DNA of 64,000 nt from an uncultured Cytophagales bacterium (GCA_963719525.1 CAVRCG010000004.1:861579-925578); one strand, 5' to 3'. Shown: positions 49,051 through 60,053, numbered from the stretch's first letter. Numbers and translations: made by a program. Notes: generated by a model from the sequence alone, not told the origin.

Positions 49051-52000
49051 TTACTCCACTTTCACTCCCACTACTAGAATATCATCGGTTTGTTTCAAAT
49101 TTCCTCTCCACATCTCTAAAGCTGTTTGTAGTTTCTCTTCTTGTTCAGTACACGACAAATAGTGATATTCTAACAAAAATTCTCTAAAACGACGACTCAT
49201 AAACTTACGATTTTCCTCTCCTCCAAACTGGTCTGGAAAACCGTCTGTATAAAGGTAAAACAAATCTCCTTTTTGATACTTCAAACAATGCGTTTTGAAG
49301 TTTTTTTCCTGCACTCGGTTTGTACCCATATTCCCAATAGGGTAACGAGTAGCCTTTATTTGATGAATTTCGTTGTCTCTAATAAAACACAAATCTAGTT
49401 TTGCAGCAGCATAATTAAGTACTTTATTAGATTTATTTACACTAAAAATTCCGATGTCCATTCCATCTTTTCTTTTGGAGTCGTTTGAAAACGTTTCTTC
49501 TAACTTTTTATCCAAAACCGTCAGGATTTCGGCAGGGTCTTCAATATGACTTTCTCTAACAATCTGGTTCAGAATAGAATTTGTCATCACAGTCATAAAT
49601 GCACCAGGAACACCGTGTCCCGTACAATCAATGGCAGCAAAAGTAAGAACACCTGTTTCTTTATTTTCATAAAACCAGTAAAAATCACCACTCACTACAT
49701 CACGAGGACGATAGAAAACAAAGGCATCTTCAAAATAAGATTTTATCTTTTCTGGTTTTTTCAAAATGGCTTGCTGAATTCTAAAGGCGTACTGAATACT
49801 GTCCGAAAGATGTCCAACGGTATCTTGTAAGGCTTCTTTTTGAAGATGAACTTCTCTATATGCTCTTGCTTTGAGAAATGAAGAAACGGCATGTTCGGTA
49901 AAACGCTGCAACTGACGAGATTCTGTCAAAGAAAAAGAACGCTCCTTCTCAAAATCAAAAACTAAAATAGCTTCTGGAAAATTACCTATCAAAATCGGAA
50001 TGACAAGCGAAAAACGAGGTGTGTAAGGTGTAAGTAAATATTCTCTCTCTGTTGGATATACTTTATAAAAATAACGAGCCAACGGAACGCCCCATTTTAG
50101 GTAATTAATTACTTTATCAAAAGAAAGTTTTTCGGGCAAACGGTGCGTGTAACCATGTGGAACAGCAAGATGAAAATAATCTTCTTGGTAATATAAAAAG
50201 TAGGCTTTATTTGTACCTTTTACAAGTGTAAGAGCTTGTTTTAAAAGTGTATTCAAAACATTCTCGAAGGTAACTTGCTGATTTACACTTGCTACAATTC
50301 TATCAATTACGGCTAATTCGGATGCTTGATTTTGAGTTTCAGTAGTCTGGATTAATAAGGCTTCTGTACGGCTTTCTACCAATTCCTCTAATTTTTTACG
50401 TTGGTTTTCAATAATTCCTGCTCGCCATTGATAAACAAAATATATTATCATAATAATAAGAAAACCCAAAGCCAACCAGAACCAAATAATCTGAACCAAT
50501 TTAGGTTTTATTCTAAACGAAAAACTTGTTCCTTCTTCATTCCAAACGCCATCACTATTAGCAGCCTTCACTTTAAAAATGTACTTATTAGGAGGTAAAT
50601 CTCCATAAAAAACAGTTCTTTTGTTTGTAAATCGCCATTCTTTGTCATATCCTTCTAACTTGTATTTATACATTACTTTTTTAGGAGAAACAAATGTAAG
50701 CGCATCAAAGTGAATTTTTAAAGTATTAAATTCAGAAGGAAAAACTACTCTTCCTTTTTTGTCCGTTTCTTTCAAAACCCAATTATTTCCATTACTATCA
50801 AAAACTCCCTCTACAATTACGTTTGGCTTTGGTAAAAGGCTATGTAAGACAGTATAATTAAAGGAAGAAAAACCTTGCGCTGTAGGAATCCAAATATGCC
50901 CATTTTTGTCAGTTGTAATAGCAGGATAAGAAAGAGAAGCACAATCACTACTGCGAAGACCATCGTTTTCGTCGTAAGAAGTAATTTTCAAACTATCCGT
51001 TTTTTGTGCAATCCACTCTCTAAAATTATCATTTGAAACAGTCCAAACGCCATCATTACTCGTAAACCACCACGTCGAACTTACCTTTAAAATAGAATGA
51101 ATGGCATCACTAGACCAATGGCTCGTTGATTTTGGAGTAATTATTTTTCCATTGTCATAGGTAGAAATCCCATTTTTAGTTCCTATGTAAATGGTATTGT
51201 CCAAAGGGTCTTGATACAAACTCAAAACCAAATTATCTGCCAGTCCATCTTGTGTAGTAAACGAAAAAAACGAAGGAGGATTTACATTTTTATTCTCTTG
51301 ATACGGATTTTCTATTAACAAAATACCATTGTCTTTTGTCCCTAAAAATAGCTGTCCTTGCTGGGTTTCCAAAACGCACGTCAAATTATTAGATGCCAAA
51401 CCGTTTGAAGTCGTATAATTTGTAAATCTGTTTGTCCTTATATTTGCTTCACTCTCTTCAAAAATACTTAGTCCTTCTGTTGTGGCAATCAAAAGCGTTT
51501 TAGGGTTTTTCTTACTTACTCTAATTGCTCGTACAAAATTACCTACCAATCCACTTTTTGTGTCAAAAGCAGTAATTTGTTTGTTTCCAGAATTGTATTT
51601 TGCTATTCCTCCTCCATACATTCCTATCCAAAAAGTAGGTTTTTTTAGTTCATTTTCTGTAGCTGTAATACTTCTAACATGGTTGTGAGGCAATCCATTT
51701 TTGATGGTTAGATAAGAAAAAGAATTATCTTGGTTTAATATAGAAATTCCATCACTTTGTGTTCCTATCCAAACTTGACTTTTATCGTCTGTATTAGCAG
51801 AGTAGGTAAAAACACAGTTTGTAAGATTATCTGAAAGCCCTTCTAAGGTAGAATAAGGCGTAAATTTGCTATCATTCAATCTCAAAAGTCCTCCTCTATT
51901 CATTCCGACCCATAAACTGCCTTCTTTATCTTCGAAAAGTGCCGTAATACTATTGCTTGCCAGTCCTTCTTTTGTCGTTAAGGCTTCAAATTTTTCTAAT

Positions 52001-53022
52001 GTTGGAGTGTAGCGTAAGAGTCCTCTACTGTTTGTACCAATCCAAAGCGAGCCTAATTTATCTATCAGTAAAGCATTAATAGTAGCATCTTTGACAACTT
52101 CGTTTTTATTGAAATATGTATTTGTAATCATTGGATCACTACTCCTATTAGCAGTTGAGTTTTCAGAAAAATCATTGAAGCTCTTTAGTTCATTTGTTTC
52201 TTTATTCCAATAAAAAAGACCATTTGCAGTTCCTATATAAAGGTTGTTTGTATCGTCTACTTCCAAAACTAATATTTGCAAGTCTGGCAGAGGAAGAGAA
52301 ACGGAAGTAATTTTGCCAAAATCCAAATCAAATTTTGCCAGTCCTTCATCTGTTCCAATCCAAAGTATATTTTGTCCGTTTTTGGTATCTTTCAATAGCG
52401 TATTTATCTTTATACTTAAGAGTCCGTCTTGTTGAGTATAGTTTCTAAATACATTTCTACGATAACGGCTAAGTCCTTTTGGCGTTCCTATCCAAACACT
52501 TTCTTCCCATTCTTCCAAGCACAAAATAGTATTATTGATTAAATCTTTTTGTGTATCAAAATTCTTGAATGCAGAAAAATTATAGTTAGAAATGCCTTCT
52601 CCATTTGTTCCAATCCATAAGCCTTCATTTTGTGTCTTTTGAACCACAGAAACAAAATTATCAGGAATTCCAGTATTAGCATTATTTTTTGAATCAGTAG
52701 GTGCCGAAAAAACAATAAAATCTTCACCATCAAATTTTACAAGTCCGTTATGCGTTCCTATCCATAAATATCCGTTATCAGATTGCGTAATTGAAGTGAT
52801 ACTATTCTGTGGAAGACCATCTCTTTTTTGCCATGTACTTTGACTATATTGAGTAATTTTTTTAGAAGAGGAAAGAAAAGACTGAGCGTAAGAAGGAATA
52901 GCAGAACTAAATAAAAAATTGAATAAGAAAGCAAAAAATAATAAAATCCACAAACAAAAATCCTTTACAAGTAGTAAATTAGAAGAAAAATGGACTAGAT
53001 TTTTATTGTATATAAAAAACAC
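49051..53022 (-). CDS. large sensor protein: periplasmic two-component-regulator propeller (Reg_prop / Y_Y_Y) domains, one TM helix, GAF-like region and a C-terminal PP2C/SpoIIE-type serine phosphatase
   Basis: 1323 aa. Many WIGT/GL-type beta-propeller repeats, the Y_Y_Y-like stretch KVMYKYKLEGYDKEW, a TM helix FWLALGFLIIMIIYFVY, and a C-terminus SGDFYWF...DCTGHGVPGAFM...GDLFYLYTDGF typical of SpoIIE-like phosphatases. Confidence 0.75.
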   Translation of the reverse strand: MFFIYNKNLVHFSSNLLLVKDFCLWILLFFAFLFNFLFSSAIPSYAQSFLSSSKKITQYSQSTWQKRDGLPQNSITSITQSDNGYLWIGTHNGLVKFDGEDFIVFSAPTDSKNNANTGIPDNFVSVVQKTQNEGLWIGTNGEGISNYNFSAFKNFDTQKDLINNTILCLEEWEESVWIGTPKGLSRYRRNVFRNYTQQDGLLSIKINTLLKDTKNGQNILWIGTDEGLAKFDLDFGKITSVSLPLPDLQILVLEVDDTNNLYIGTANGLFYWNKETNELKSFNDFSENSTANRSSDPMITNTYFNKNEVVKDATINALLIDKLGSLWIGTNSRGLLRYTPTLEKFEALTTKEGLASNSITALFEDKEGSLWVGMNRGGLLRLNDSKFTPYSTLEGLSDNLTNCVFTYSANTDDKSQVWIGTQSDGISILNQDNSFSYLTIKNGLPHNHVRSITATENELKKPTFWIGMYGGGIAKYNSGNKQITAFDTKSGLVGNFVRAIRVSKKNPKTLLIATTEGLSIFEESEANIRTNRFTNYTTSNGLASNNLTCVLETQQGQLFLGTKDNGILLIENPYQENKNVNPPSFFSFTTQDGLADNLVLSLYQDPLDNTIYIGTKNGISTYDNGKIITPKSTSHWSSDAIHSILKVSSTWWFTSNDGVWTVSNDNFREWIAQKTDSLKITSYDENDGLRSSDCASLSYPAITTDKNGHIWIPTAQGFSSFNYTVLHSLLPKPNVIVEGVFDSNGNNWVLKETDKKGRVVFPSEFNTLKIHFDALTFVSPKKVMYKYKLEGYDKEWRFTNKRTVFYGDLPPNKYIFKVKAANSDGVWNEEGTSFSFRIKPKLVQIIWFWLALGFLIIMIIYFVYQWRAGIIENQRKKLEELVESRTEALLIQTTETQNQASELAVIDRIVASVNQQVTFENVLNTLLKQALTLVKGTNKAYFLYYQEDYFHLAVPHGYTHRLPEKLSFDKVINYLKWGVPLARYFYKVYPTEREYLLTPYTPRFSLVIPILIGNFPEAILVFDFEKERSFSLTESRQLQRFTEHAVSSFLKARAYREVHLQKEALQDTVGHLSDSIQYAFRIQQAILKKPEKIKSYFEDAFVFYRPRDVVSGDFYWFYENKETGVLTFAAIDCTGHGVPGAFMTVMTNSILNQIVRESHIEDPAEILTVLDKKLEETFSNDSKRKDGMDIGIFSVNKSNKVLNYAAAKLDLCFIRDNEIHQIKATRYPIGNMGTNRVQEKNFKTHCLKYQKGDLFYLYTDGFPDQFGGEENRKFMSRRFREFLLEYHYLSCTEQEEKLQTALEMWRGNLKQTDDILVVGVKVE

Positions 53023-53358
53023 TTTTACGAGAATGGATATAGAAATAAATTATTTATTTTGAGGTAATTCTATTTGATAACATTCTTTCATTCTCATCTA
53101 ATAGATCAAAATCCTGTTTGATTAAAAGATAAGGACACATTTGTATCTTTAATAGATTACTAATGTAGTGAATTATTTGTTAAAAGAATAAGAATAATTT
53201 GTATCTACTAGTTGTTTATCAAATCTCACTTACAATTAATTACAATCAACTAATAAATCAAGATTAAATTCTATTTTTTACTTAATTTTGCAATCTCCTC
53301 TTAATAAATATAACAAAGAGAGTTTGGAAATGCAACTCACAAATATAACACAAAGATT

Positions 53359-54084
53359 ATGACAGTTATTCCTTATAAAGACCAAACGGCTTCTAAAAAA
53401 GACCAAGTAGCTCAAATGTTCAATAACATATCGAATAATTACGATTTGCTCAACCGAATATTAAGTGGTGGAATAGATATTATCTGGAGAAAAAAGGCCA
53501 TTTCTTATCTAAAATCCGAACGCCCAGAATTAATGCTTGACGTAGCGACAGGAACAGGTGATTTTGCTATTGAAGCCTATAAAAAGTTGAAACCTAAGAA
53601 AATAATTGGCGTAGATATTTCGACAGGAATGCTTTCTTATGGAAGAGAAAAAATAGAAAAACTAGGACTTCAAGATAGTATTGATTTGAAAATTGGAGAC
53701 TCCGAAAAATTACCTTTTCCTGATGATACATTTGATGCCGTTACGGTTTCTTTTGGAGTGAGAAACTTTGAAAATTTGGAACAAGGATTAAGAGATATTT
53801 ACCGAGTTTTGAAAAAAGGTGGTTCACTTGTTGTATTAGAATTTTCTCAACCACAAGCATTTCCTGTAAAACAATTTTATTCATTTTATTCATCACAGGT
53901 ACTCCCAAGAGTGGGAAAAACGATTTCGAAAGATACATCAGCCTATACATATCTGCCCGAATCTGTTGCTGCATTTCCGTATGGAAAAGATTTTCTTCAA
54001 ATTATGCAGAAAGTAGGTTTTGTCTTTACACGAGATGAAACGCTTACTTTTGGAATAAGTTCAATTTATTACGGAAAGAAATAA
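53359..54084 (+). CDS. ubiE: demethylmenaquinone / ubiquinone C-methyltransferase UbiE/MenG
   Basis: 241 aa SAM-dependent methyltransferase with LDVATGTGD and the UbiE-typical FDAVTVSFGVRNF... motifs. Confidence 0.85.
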   Translation: MTVIPYKDQTASKKDQVAQMFNNISNNYDLLNRILSGGIDIIWRKKAISYLKSERPELMLDVATGTGDFAIEAYKKLKPKKIIGVDISTGMLSYGREKIEKLGLQDSIDLKIGDSEKLPFPDDTFDAVTVSFGVRNFENLEQGLRDIYRVLKKGGSLVVLEFSQPQAFPVKQFYSFYSSQVLPRVGKTISKDTSAYTYLPESVAAFPYGKDFLQIMQKVGFVFTRDETLTFGISSIYYGKK

Positions 54085-54213
54085 TTTGTTTAAAAAATCG
54101 TTGGTAAGTATACTAATTTTTCCCTAGAAAAGAGGAAAAAATTTTTGTGTAACATAAAATAAAACTGTACTAATCTTGCCGATGCTTTTATCCGATGACA
54201 AAAAATATAATAT

Positions 54214-55023
54214 ATGAAAATCAGACAAAAAAATAATTTGTATTCGCTCTTTAGTTCTACTTCTATAATAGGATTATTTTCTATTCTTTTTGTTTTTCTA
54301 TTCTTTTTTGGAAACATATCTTATGTTTCTTCTCAAGTTGTGAATAAAAAGAAGCCTGTAAACCAAGATAAAAAATTGAAGGACAAAAGTTTGAACATTC
54401 CTGATTATGATAACAAACCATTACATTATGGCTTTATCTTGGGAATGCACTACGCTACTTTTAGAATAGATTATTCAGATTATTTTACTAAAAACGAAGA
54501 TACTACAATTGCATTATTACCACAAAGGTCATTAAGTAACTTTGCTGTCGGAATGATTATTGATTTTCCTATATCGAGCCAATGGAATTTTCGTTTTACG
54601 CCAACTGTAGGTTTGTATGAATATAGCGTTATACACAAACAGTTGGAACGTTTGACGGGGAAATATATCAATACACAAGTTCCTGTGGAAAGCGTATTTT
54701 TTGATTTTCCAATTTTACTCAAATACAAATCTTTAAGAAGAAACAATAATCGTTTGTATATGGTAGGTGGGGTTGTGCCAAGTATAAAAGTAGGTGGAAG
54801 AAAACAACGTGATAACAAAGAAGCCTTTGGAATGGAAGATTATAATCTGGAAGTTACATATGGTTTGGGATGGGATCATTATTTTAGTTTTTTCAAATTT
54901 GCACCTGAAGTTCGTTTTTCACACGGAATCGCAAACATGAACTTGCGCAATCAAAGTGTGTATTATAGAAATATAGAAAGAATGACGACACATAAAGTAT
55001 CACTATTATTTCATTTTGAATAA
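54214..55023 (+). CDS. PorT-like outer-membrane beta-barrel protein (T9SS-associated PorT/SprT family)
   Basis: 269 aa with a signal or anchor segment, alternating-hydrophobic beta-strand pattern, and a C-terminal aromatic residue (LLFHFE). From memory, ubiE-porT adjacency occurs in other Bacteroidetes. Confidence 0.5.
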   Translation: MKIRQKNNLYSLFSSTSIIGLFSILFVFLFFFGNISYVSSQVVNKKKPVNQDKKLKDKSLNIPDYDNKPLHYGFILGMHYATFRIDYSDYFTKNEDTTIALLPQRSLSNFAVGMIIDFPISSQWNFRFTPTVGLYEYSVIHKQLERLTGKYINTQVPVESVFFDFPILLKYKSLRRNNNRLYMVGGVVPSIKVGGRKQRDNKEAFGMEDYNLEVTYGLGWDHYFSFFKFAPEVRFSHGIANMNLRNQSVYYRNIERMTTHKVSLLFHFE

Positions 55024-55382
55024 ACTAAGTTGAGGTTTCAGAATTGATAAAAAGGGAAATTAAAATTTGCCGTTGTCGATGTCCTGTCCTTACCAACAAC
55101 AAGAACGAACCAAATAGAATTATCTATAGGGAAAAGGAATATCTTTTCCCTTTTTTTATGCTTAATTGTTTAAAACTAGAAGCACTATTTTAAAGCTAAT
55201 ATTTTTTACAAACACGTTAAAATCATATTTTATTTAGATTAATTCTAATTAAACACTAATTTGGCAAGATAATTGAATTATTTAGAGTAACATTTATACA
55301 AAACAAAGTTTAATCTTCAATTTACGTTATTTACTATTTGAATACTTAAATTTGTTTTTAATACTCACTAACAACTATTATT

Positions 55383-56021
55383 ATGGTCACTATTCGCAAT
55401 TACATTTTATCAATTCTTTTATTAGCCTCTGTTTTTGGTTGTGTTGCATTTTCTCAAAACGAAAATGTAAGCCAGAACACAAATAAAGAGGAAGGAAAAA
55501 TTTTTTCAGTTTCAGATGCTTCTTCAATTGGAGAAGGTAATATTGAAGGAACTAAAAAAGCAGATGGAAAAATAAACAAAGAGACAATTAATTTGGGCAA
55601 AACAAATAATTTTGTAGCTTCTATTTTAAAACTGGCTACTTCTTTAGAAGGAACTCCTTATGTATATGCTGGCAAGTCGCCACAAGGTTTTGATTGTTCT
55701 GGATTTGTCTATTATGTTTTCAAAAACCATGATATTGATCTTCCTGCTTCTTCAAGAATGTATGATAAAGTAGGCAAAAAGGTAGCTCTGGAAAATGCCA
55801 AGAAAGGTGACATTGTTTGTTTTACGGGAACAGATCCAACTATTGACCGTACAGGACACGTTGGAATTATTGTAGAAAATAAGTCCAACGAGCCGATCAA
55901 GTTTATTCATGCTACGTCTGGAAAAGCCTATTCAGTAGCTTATAGTACACTTTCAAAAGATGGAGACGGACATTATGCAAAGCGTTTTCGCTCTATTCGT
56001 AGAGTAAAGGCTGCAAGATAA
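55383..56021 (+). CDS. NlpC/P60 family (C40) peptidoglycan peptidase, secreted
   Basis: 212 aa with a signal peptide, the catalytic Cys in GFDCSGFVYYVF and a His in GHVGII. Confidence 0.8.
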   Translation: MVTIRNYILSILLLASVFGCVAFSQNENVSQNTNKEEGKIFSVSDASSIGEGNIEGTKKADGKINKETINLGKTNNFVASILKLATSLEGTPYVYAGKSPQGFDCSGFVYYVFKNHDIDLPASSRMYDKVGKKVALENAKKGDIVCFTGTDPTIDRTGHVGIIVENKSNEPIKFIHATSGKAYSVAYSTLSKDGDGHYAKRFRSIRRVKAAR

Positions 56022-56399
56022 AATATTAAAAATTCAAAATGGTGAAGTGTTCTATAAAAAATGGTAAAAAAGAGCTAATTCTTATAAATCAAATTTATGA
56101 AAGTTGGCTTTTTTAAGTTTTATAGAATACTGATTCGTTATTGGCTTATAATTACTCTAAATTATTTTAACAAATCTATCAAAAATCCTTCTAACGTAAC
56201 TTCTTGTATTAAGTTGCATTTTTTTTGAGACAATAAAGCATTAATTTTGTAGTATATACTTTAATATAAGTTTTGAAATGATACTACAGAACACAGAATA
56301 ATTTATTGAATACAACTAAACTGATTATTATAACTAACGATGTAGTCAAAATTTGATAGAATTAATGTCCAAAATATTCCTTACTAAACCTACTTTATT

Positions 56400-56924
56400 A
56401 TGAAACTCTCTTTATTTATTCTTCCTATTATCGCTATGAGCTTGTTTGTTGTAGGATTGTGTGGCAATATATTTTCTCCTTCTCCTTCAAAATCTTATTC
56501 TGTTACAACAAAAACTATAAATTTAAAAACTCCTCTGGGCGAAACAATAGAATTAGAAAACCTTAATCAGAATGAAAAATTAAAAGGAAAATGGATACTT
56601 TTAGATTTTTGGGCTTCTTGGAATACTGAAAGTATGAAAGATAGAAATACACTAAGCGATGTGTATTCTAAATATAATTCTAAAAACTTGGAAATTGTAT
56701 CAGTTTCTTTAGACAATTCAAAGGAGCGTTGGAAAGATGCTATTGCCCAAAATAATTCTTCATGGTTAGAAGTATCAGATTTGAAAGGTTGGGAAAGTGC
56801 AGCTTGTAACAAATATAATGTTTCTGGACTTCCTTATCATATACTTATCAATCCAGAAGGCAAAATCGTAAAAACAGCTGTTTCTAATCAAGAGTTAGTA
56901 GAGGTTTTGAAAAAGGTATTGTAA
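56400..56924 (+). CDS. TlpA-like thioredoxin-fold protein lacking the CXXC active site
   Basis: 174 aa. ILLDFWASWNTES occupies the position where TlpA/ResA homologs have WASWCGPC, so both redox cysteines are absent. The rest of the fold signature (VSLDNSKERWKDAI..., SDLKGWES) is conserved. Confidence 0.7.
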   Translation: MKLSLFILPIIAMSLFVVGLCGNIFSPSPSKSYSVTTKTINLKTPLGETIELENLNQNEKLKGKWILLDFWASWNTESMKDRNTLSDVYSKYNSKNLEIVSVSLDNSKERWKDAIAQNNSSWLEVSDLKGWESAACNKYNVSGLPYHILINPEGKIVKTAVSNQELVEVLKKVL

Positions 56925-57075
56925 AACGGAACAAAACAATTGAAAATTACTGAATCCTTGTTGTTTAAGAGCAATTAGGATTTTTTTTGTGTAAAAAAAA
57001 CTTCAAAATTTTATTTTCTACTCTCATTTTCTGTAATTGCATTTAATTTTAAATTAAAAAGACTAAATCAAAAAT

Positions 57076-57567
57076 ATGGTTTCGATAATAATGGGTAGTC
57101 GTTCCGATTTACAAGTAATGTCAGCAGCAGCAGAAGTTTTAGACGAGCTGAAAGTAGAATATTCTTTGACAATCGTTTCAGCACATCGCACGCCAGAACG
57201 TCTGTTTGATTTTGCAAAATCTGCAAGAAAAAATGGAACAAAAGTAGTCATTGCAGGTGCTGGAGGTGCAGCTCATTTACCTGGAATGGTGGCTTCACTC
57301 ACTTCTCTGCCTGTTATCGGTGTTCCTGTAAAGTCTTCAAATTCTATTGATGGTTGGGATTCTGTTTTGTCTATTTTGCAAATGCCTTCAGGTGTTCCTG
57401 TAGCGACTGTAGCTTTAGACGGAGCAAAAAATGCAGGTATTTTGGCTGCTCAAATTTTGGGAACTTCTGATGAGCAGTTGGCTATTCGTTTAGATGAATT
57501 TAAAGAATCGTTAAAAGAAAAAGTAATCAATGATATAGAAAATATTGATAAAAATGGTTGGAAGTAA
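57076..57567 (+). CDS. purE: 5-(carboxyamino)imidazole ribonucleotide mutase PurE
   Basis: 163 aa with IMGSRSDL...SAHRTPER...AGGAAHLPGMVAS, canonical PurE motifs. Confidence 0.9.
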   Translation: MVSIIMGSRSDLQVMSAAAEVLDELKVEYSLTIVSAHRTPERLFDFAKSARKNGTKVVIAGAGGAAHLPGMVASLTSLPVIGVPVKSSNSIDGWDSVLSILQMPSGVPVATVALDGAKNAGILAAQILGTSDEQLAIRLDEFKESLKEKVINDIENIDKNGWK

Positions 57568-57598
57568 GTTATTTAATAATTTTTAAAAAAAATAAGAT

Positions 57599-58405
57599 AT
57601 GATAGGTAAAGTTTATAAAAAAATAATGCAAGCCAGCAAAGGAAAGAAAAAATTTCAGTATTTATTTCAAGTGTTGCACAATACAGCAATAAGTGGAATG
57701 AATTATGGAAACGGTGGCGATTTCAAACAAAGTGGGGAAGAATTTTGCATTGATTATGTACATCAAGAGCTAAAGAAAATGAATAAAGATAATATTGTAG
57801 TATTTGATGTCGGAGCAAATAAAGGACATTATTCAGAATTACTTGCTCAAAAGTTTTCAAGTCAAGCTCAAATTTATTCCTTCGAACCTTCTAAGATAAC
57901 GTTTGAAAGAATGAAAGAAACCAACTTGAAAAATAAAAATGTAAAACCTTTTAATATAGGGTTTGGAAGCGAAACCAAAACACTCAAACTTTTTACAAAT
58001 TCATATTTATCTGGCTTGGCTTCCGTTTATCAAAGACGTTTAGATCACTTCGATATAGATATGAATAAGTATGAAGAAGTAATTGTTTCTACTTTAGATA
58101 CTTTTTGTAAAGAAAATATGACTGAAAACATAGACTTTCTAAAGCTTGATGTAGAGGGACACGAGTTGGAGGTATTGAAAGGAGCTAAATATTTATTAGA
58201 AAATAATAAAATTAAGTTTATTCAATTTGAGTTTGGAGGAGCAAATATAGATTCCAGAACTTTCTTTCAAGATTTTTATTATTTACTTTCTGAAAAGTAT
58301 CATATCTATAGAATTTTGATAGATGGACTGCAAAAAATAGACAACTACGATGAACGTTATGAAGTTTTTAATTCCATTAATTATCTAGCCGAAAGAAAAG
58401 AATAA
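57599..58405 (+). CDS. FkbM family methyltransferase
   Basis: 268 aa with a SAM-binding motif (VFDVGANKGHYSE) and FkbM-type C-terminal region. Confidence 0.7.
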   Translation: MIGKVYKKIMQASKGKKKFQYLFQVLHNTAISGMNYGNGGDFKQSGEEFCIDYVHQELKKMNKDNIVVFDVGANKGHYSELLAQKFSSQAQIYSFEPSKITFERMKETNLKNKNVKPFNIGFGSETKTLKLFTNSYLSGLASVYQRRLDHFDIDMNKYEEVIVSTLDTFCKENMTENIDFLKLDVEGHELEVLKGAKYLLENNKIKFIQFEFGGANIDSRTFFQDFYYLLSEKYHIYRILIDGLQKIDNYDERYEVFNSINYLAERKE

Positions 58406-58418
58406 TTTTATAGGTAAT

Positions 58419-59714
58419 CTAAATATCATCAAAAAAACTTCCCTCATCTTTTGCATCTTTGTTAGCTTTTTGGTTTTTCTCTATTTCTTCTTTCTCATCT
58501 TCAAAATCTGGAAAATCCTCTAAATCATAAACATCCAAATTCTTTTGAGCATCTTTAAAAATAGCATCATCGCTTTCTACTTCGTCAAAAAAGTTTGCAT
58601 CAGTAGTAGTAGGTGGAACTGAATTTAAAGGTTCATTTAGATCCAACTGTTCGTTATAAATAGGGTTCTTCAATTCACTATCATCTAAACTATCTACCTC
58701 ATCAAAAAAGTTTGCATCGGTTGTTTGAGTAGGAATTGAATCTACATTTGTTAACGGTTCATTTACATCAGACTGTTGTTCGAAAATATTTTCTTCTATC
58801 TCATTACTAGTAGTTGGAGTATCTACATTGGTTATAGCGCCCATACTATTTACATTACCTGCACTTTCTACCTCATCAAAGAAGTTTGCATCGGTTGTTT
58901 GAGCAGGAATTGAATCTACATTTATTAACGGTTCATGTATATCAGATTGCTGTTCAAAAATTCTTTCCTCTATCTGATCAATAGAACTTATATTTTGGGC
59001 ATTTTCTACACTATCAATTTTATCAAAAAAGTTTTCATCAGAATTTCCTGTTGTATTTTCTGCTTTTTCCAAATCTTCATTACCTTCCAGATCATCAAAG
59101 AAACTAGAGGAGTCAATTTTATTCTCAATAGTTTCTGTTTTAGATGTAAAATCATCGTCTTCTATTTCATCAAAAAAACTAACTGAAGCAGTAGATTTCT
59201 CTATTAAATTTTCATTCTTGTTTTGCGTTTCTTTTAAAGCATCTTCTACTAAAATTTCAGTTTCTTCAACACTATTTTCTAACTCTTTTACTTTTTCTTC
59301 TAATTCAGTTGTCTTTTCATCTTCTTTACTCTCTTGAGGTGCTTCTTCGATTACCTTAGTCGTTCCTACAAGTTTGTCAAAAGCATTTATAGATTCTGTA
59401 TTGATAATATCCAAATTTTCTCTACTTTCATTATTTTCTGCTTCCAAAGCAGTTTTCTTGGCTTCTGCTTCCTGTTTTTCTTTCTCCAATTCTTGCCTAT
59501 ATTTTTCATCTAACCAACTGCGCAACACTCTACGATCTGCCGAACGAAGCGCAGCCATTTGTGTATTCTGCTGAACAGGATTTGATTTAGCCAAAAAAAG
59601 TGCAGCCGTTTGAAAGTAAGGGTGTTTTCTCAATATCCTCTCAAAACCACTAGTTTCGGAAGGAGTAATGGAAGAAAAATCTTCTATAAATGTATTAAAA
59701 TTTGATGAATTCAT
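58419..59714 (-). CDS. hypothetical highly acidic repeat protein (FFDE / DANFFDEVES repeats)
   Basis: About 430 aa from the internal Met (MNSSNFNTF...). The N-terminal region is conserved-looking, followed by a coiled-coil Glu/Lys stretch and at least eight short acidic repeats containing F-F-D-[DEK]. Confidence 0.55.
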   Translation of the reverse strand: MNSSNFNTFIEDFSSITPSETSGFERILRKHPYFQTAALFLAKSNPVQQNTQMAALRSADRRVLRSWLDEKYRQELEKEKQEAEAKKTALEAENNESRENLDIINTESINAFDKLVGTTKVIEEAPQESKEDEKTTELEEKVKELENSVEETEILVEDALKETQNKNENLIEKSTASVSFFDEIEDDDFTSKTETIENKIDSSSFFDDLEGNEDLEKAENTTGNSDENFFDKIDSVENAQNISSIDQIEERIFEQQSDIHEPLINVDSIPAQTTDANFFDEVESAGNVNSMGAITNVDTPTTSNEIEENIFEQQSDVNEPLTNVDSIPTQTTDANFFDEVDSLDDSELKNPIYNEQLDLNEPLNSVPPTTTDANFFDEVESDDAIFKDAQKNLDVYDLEDFPDFEDEKEEIEKNQKANKDAKDEGSFFDDI

Positions 59715-60053
59715 GAATGAATTGAAGTAAAAAAGCGTGTCTGTTCTCGTGTTTTGAAATAACAAACTATCTCTAACACTAATTTTGGATAGAATAATAC
59801 GTAATTTTTACATTTTATTTCAATTTTCCAAATATAAAACCTACAAATCACTTATTTTTTTGATAAAATTTTATTTTCTAACAAATCAGACTAAATACAG
59901 TAGTCTAAAGTATCTTTGTGTTCTTATATTAGAGTAAGGCACATAAATTGTCTTTCTAATAGTAATGAATAGTTTAGACAGATTATATAATTTATAACTT
60001 GTTTGAAAGACTTCATTATTTTTATTAATTTTATTCATTATTACTACAATCTT

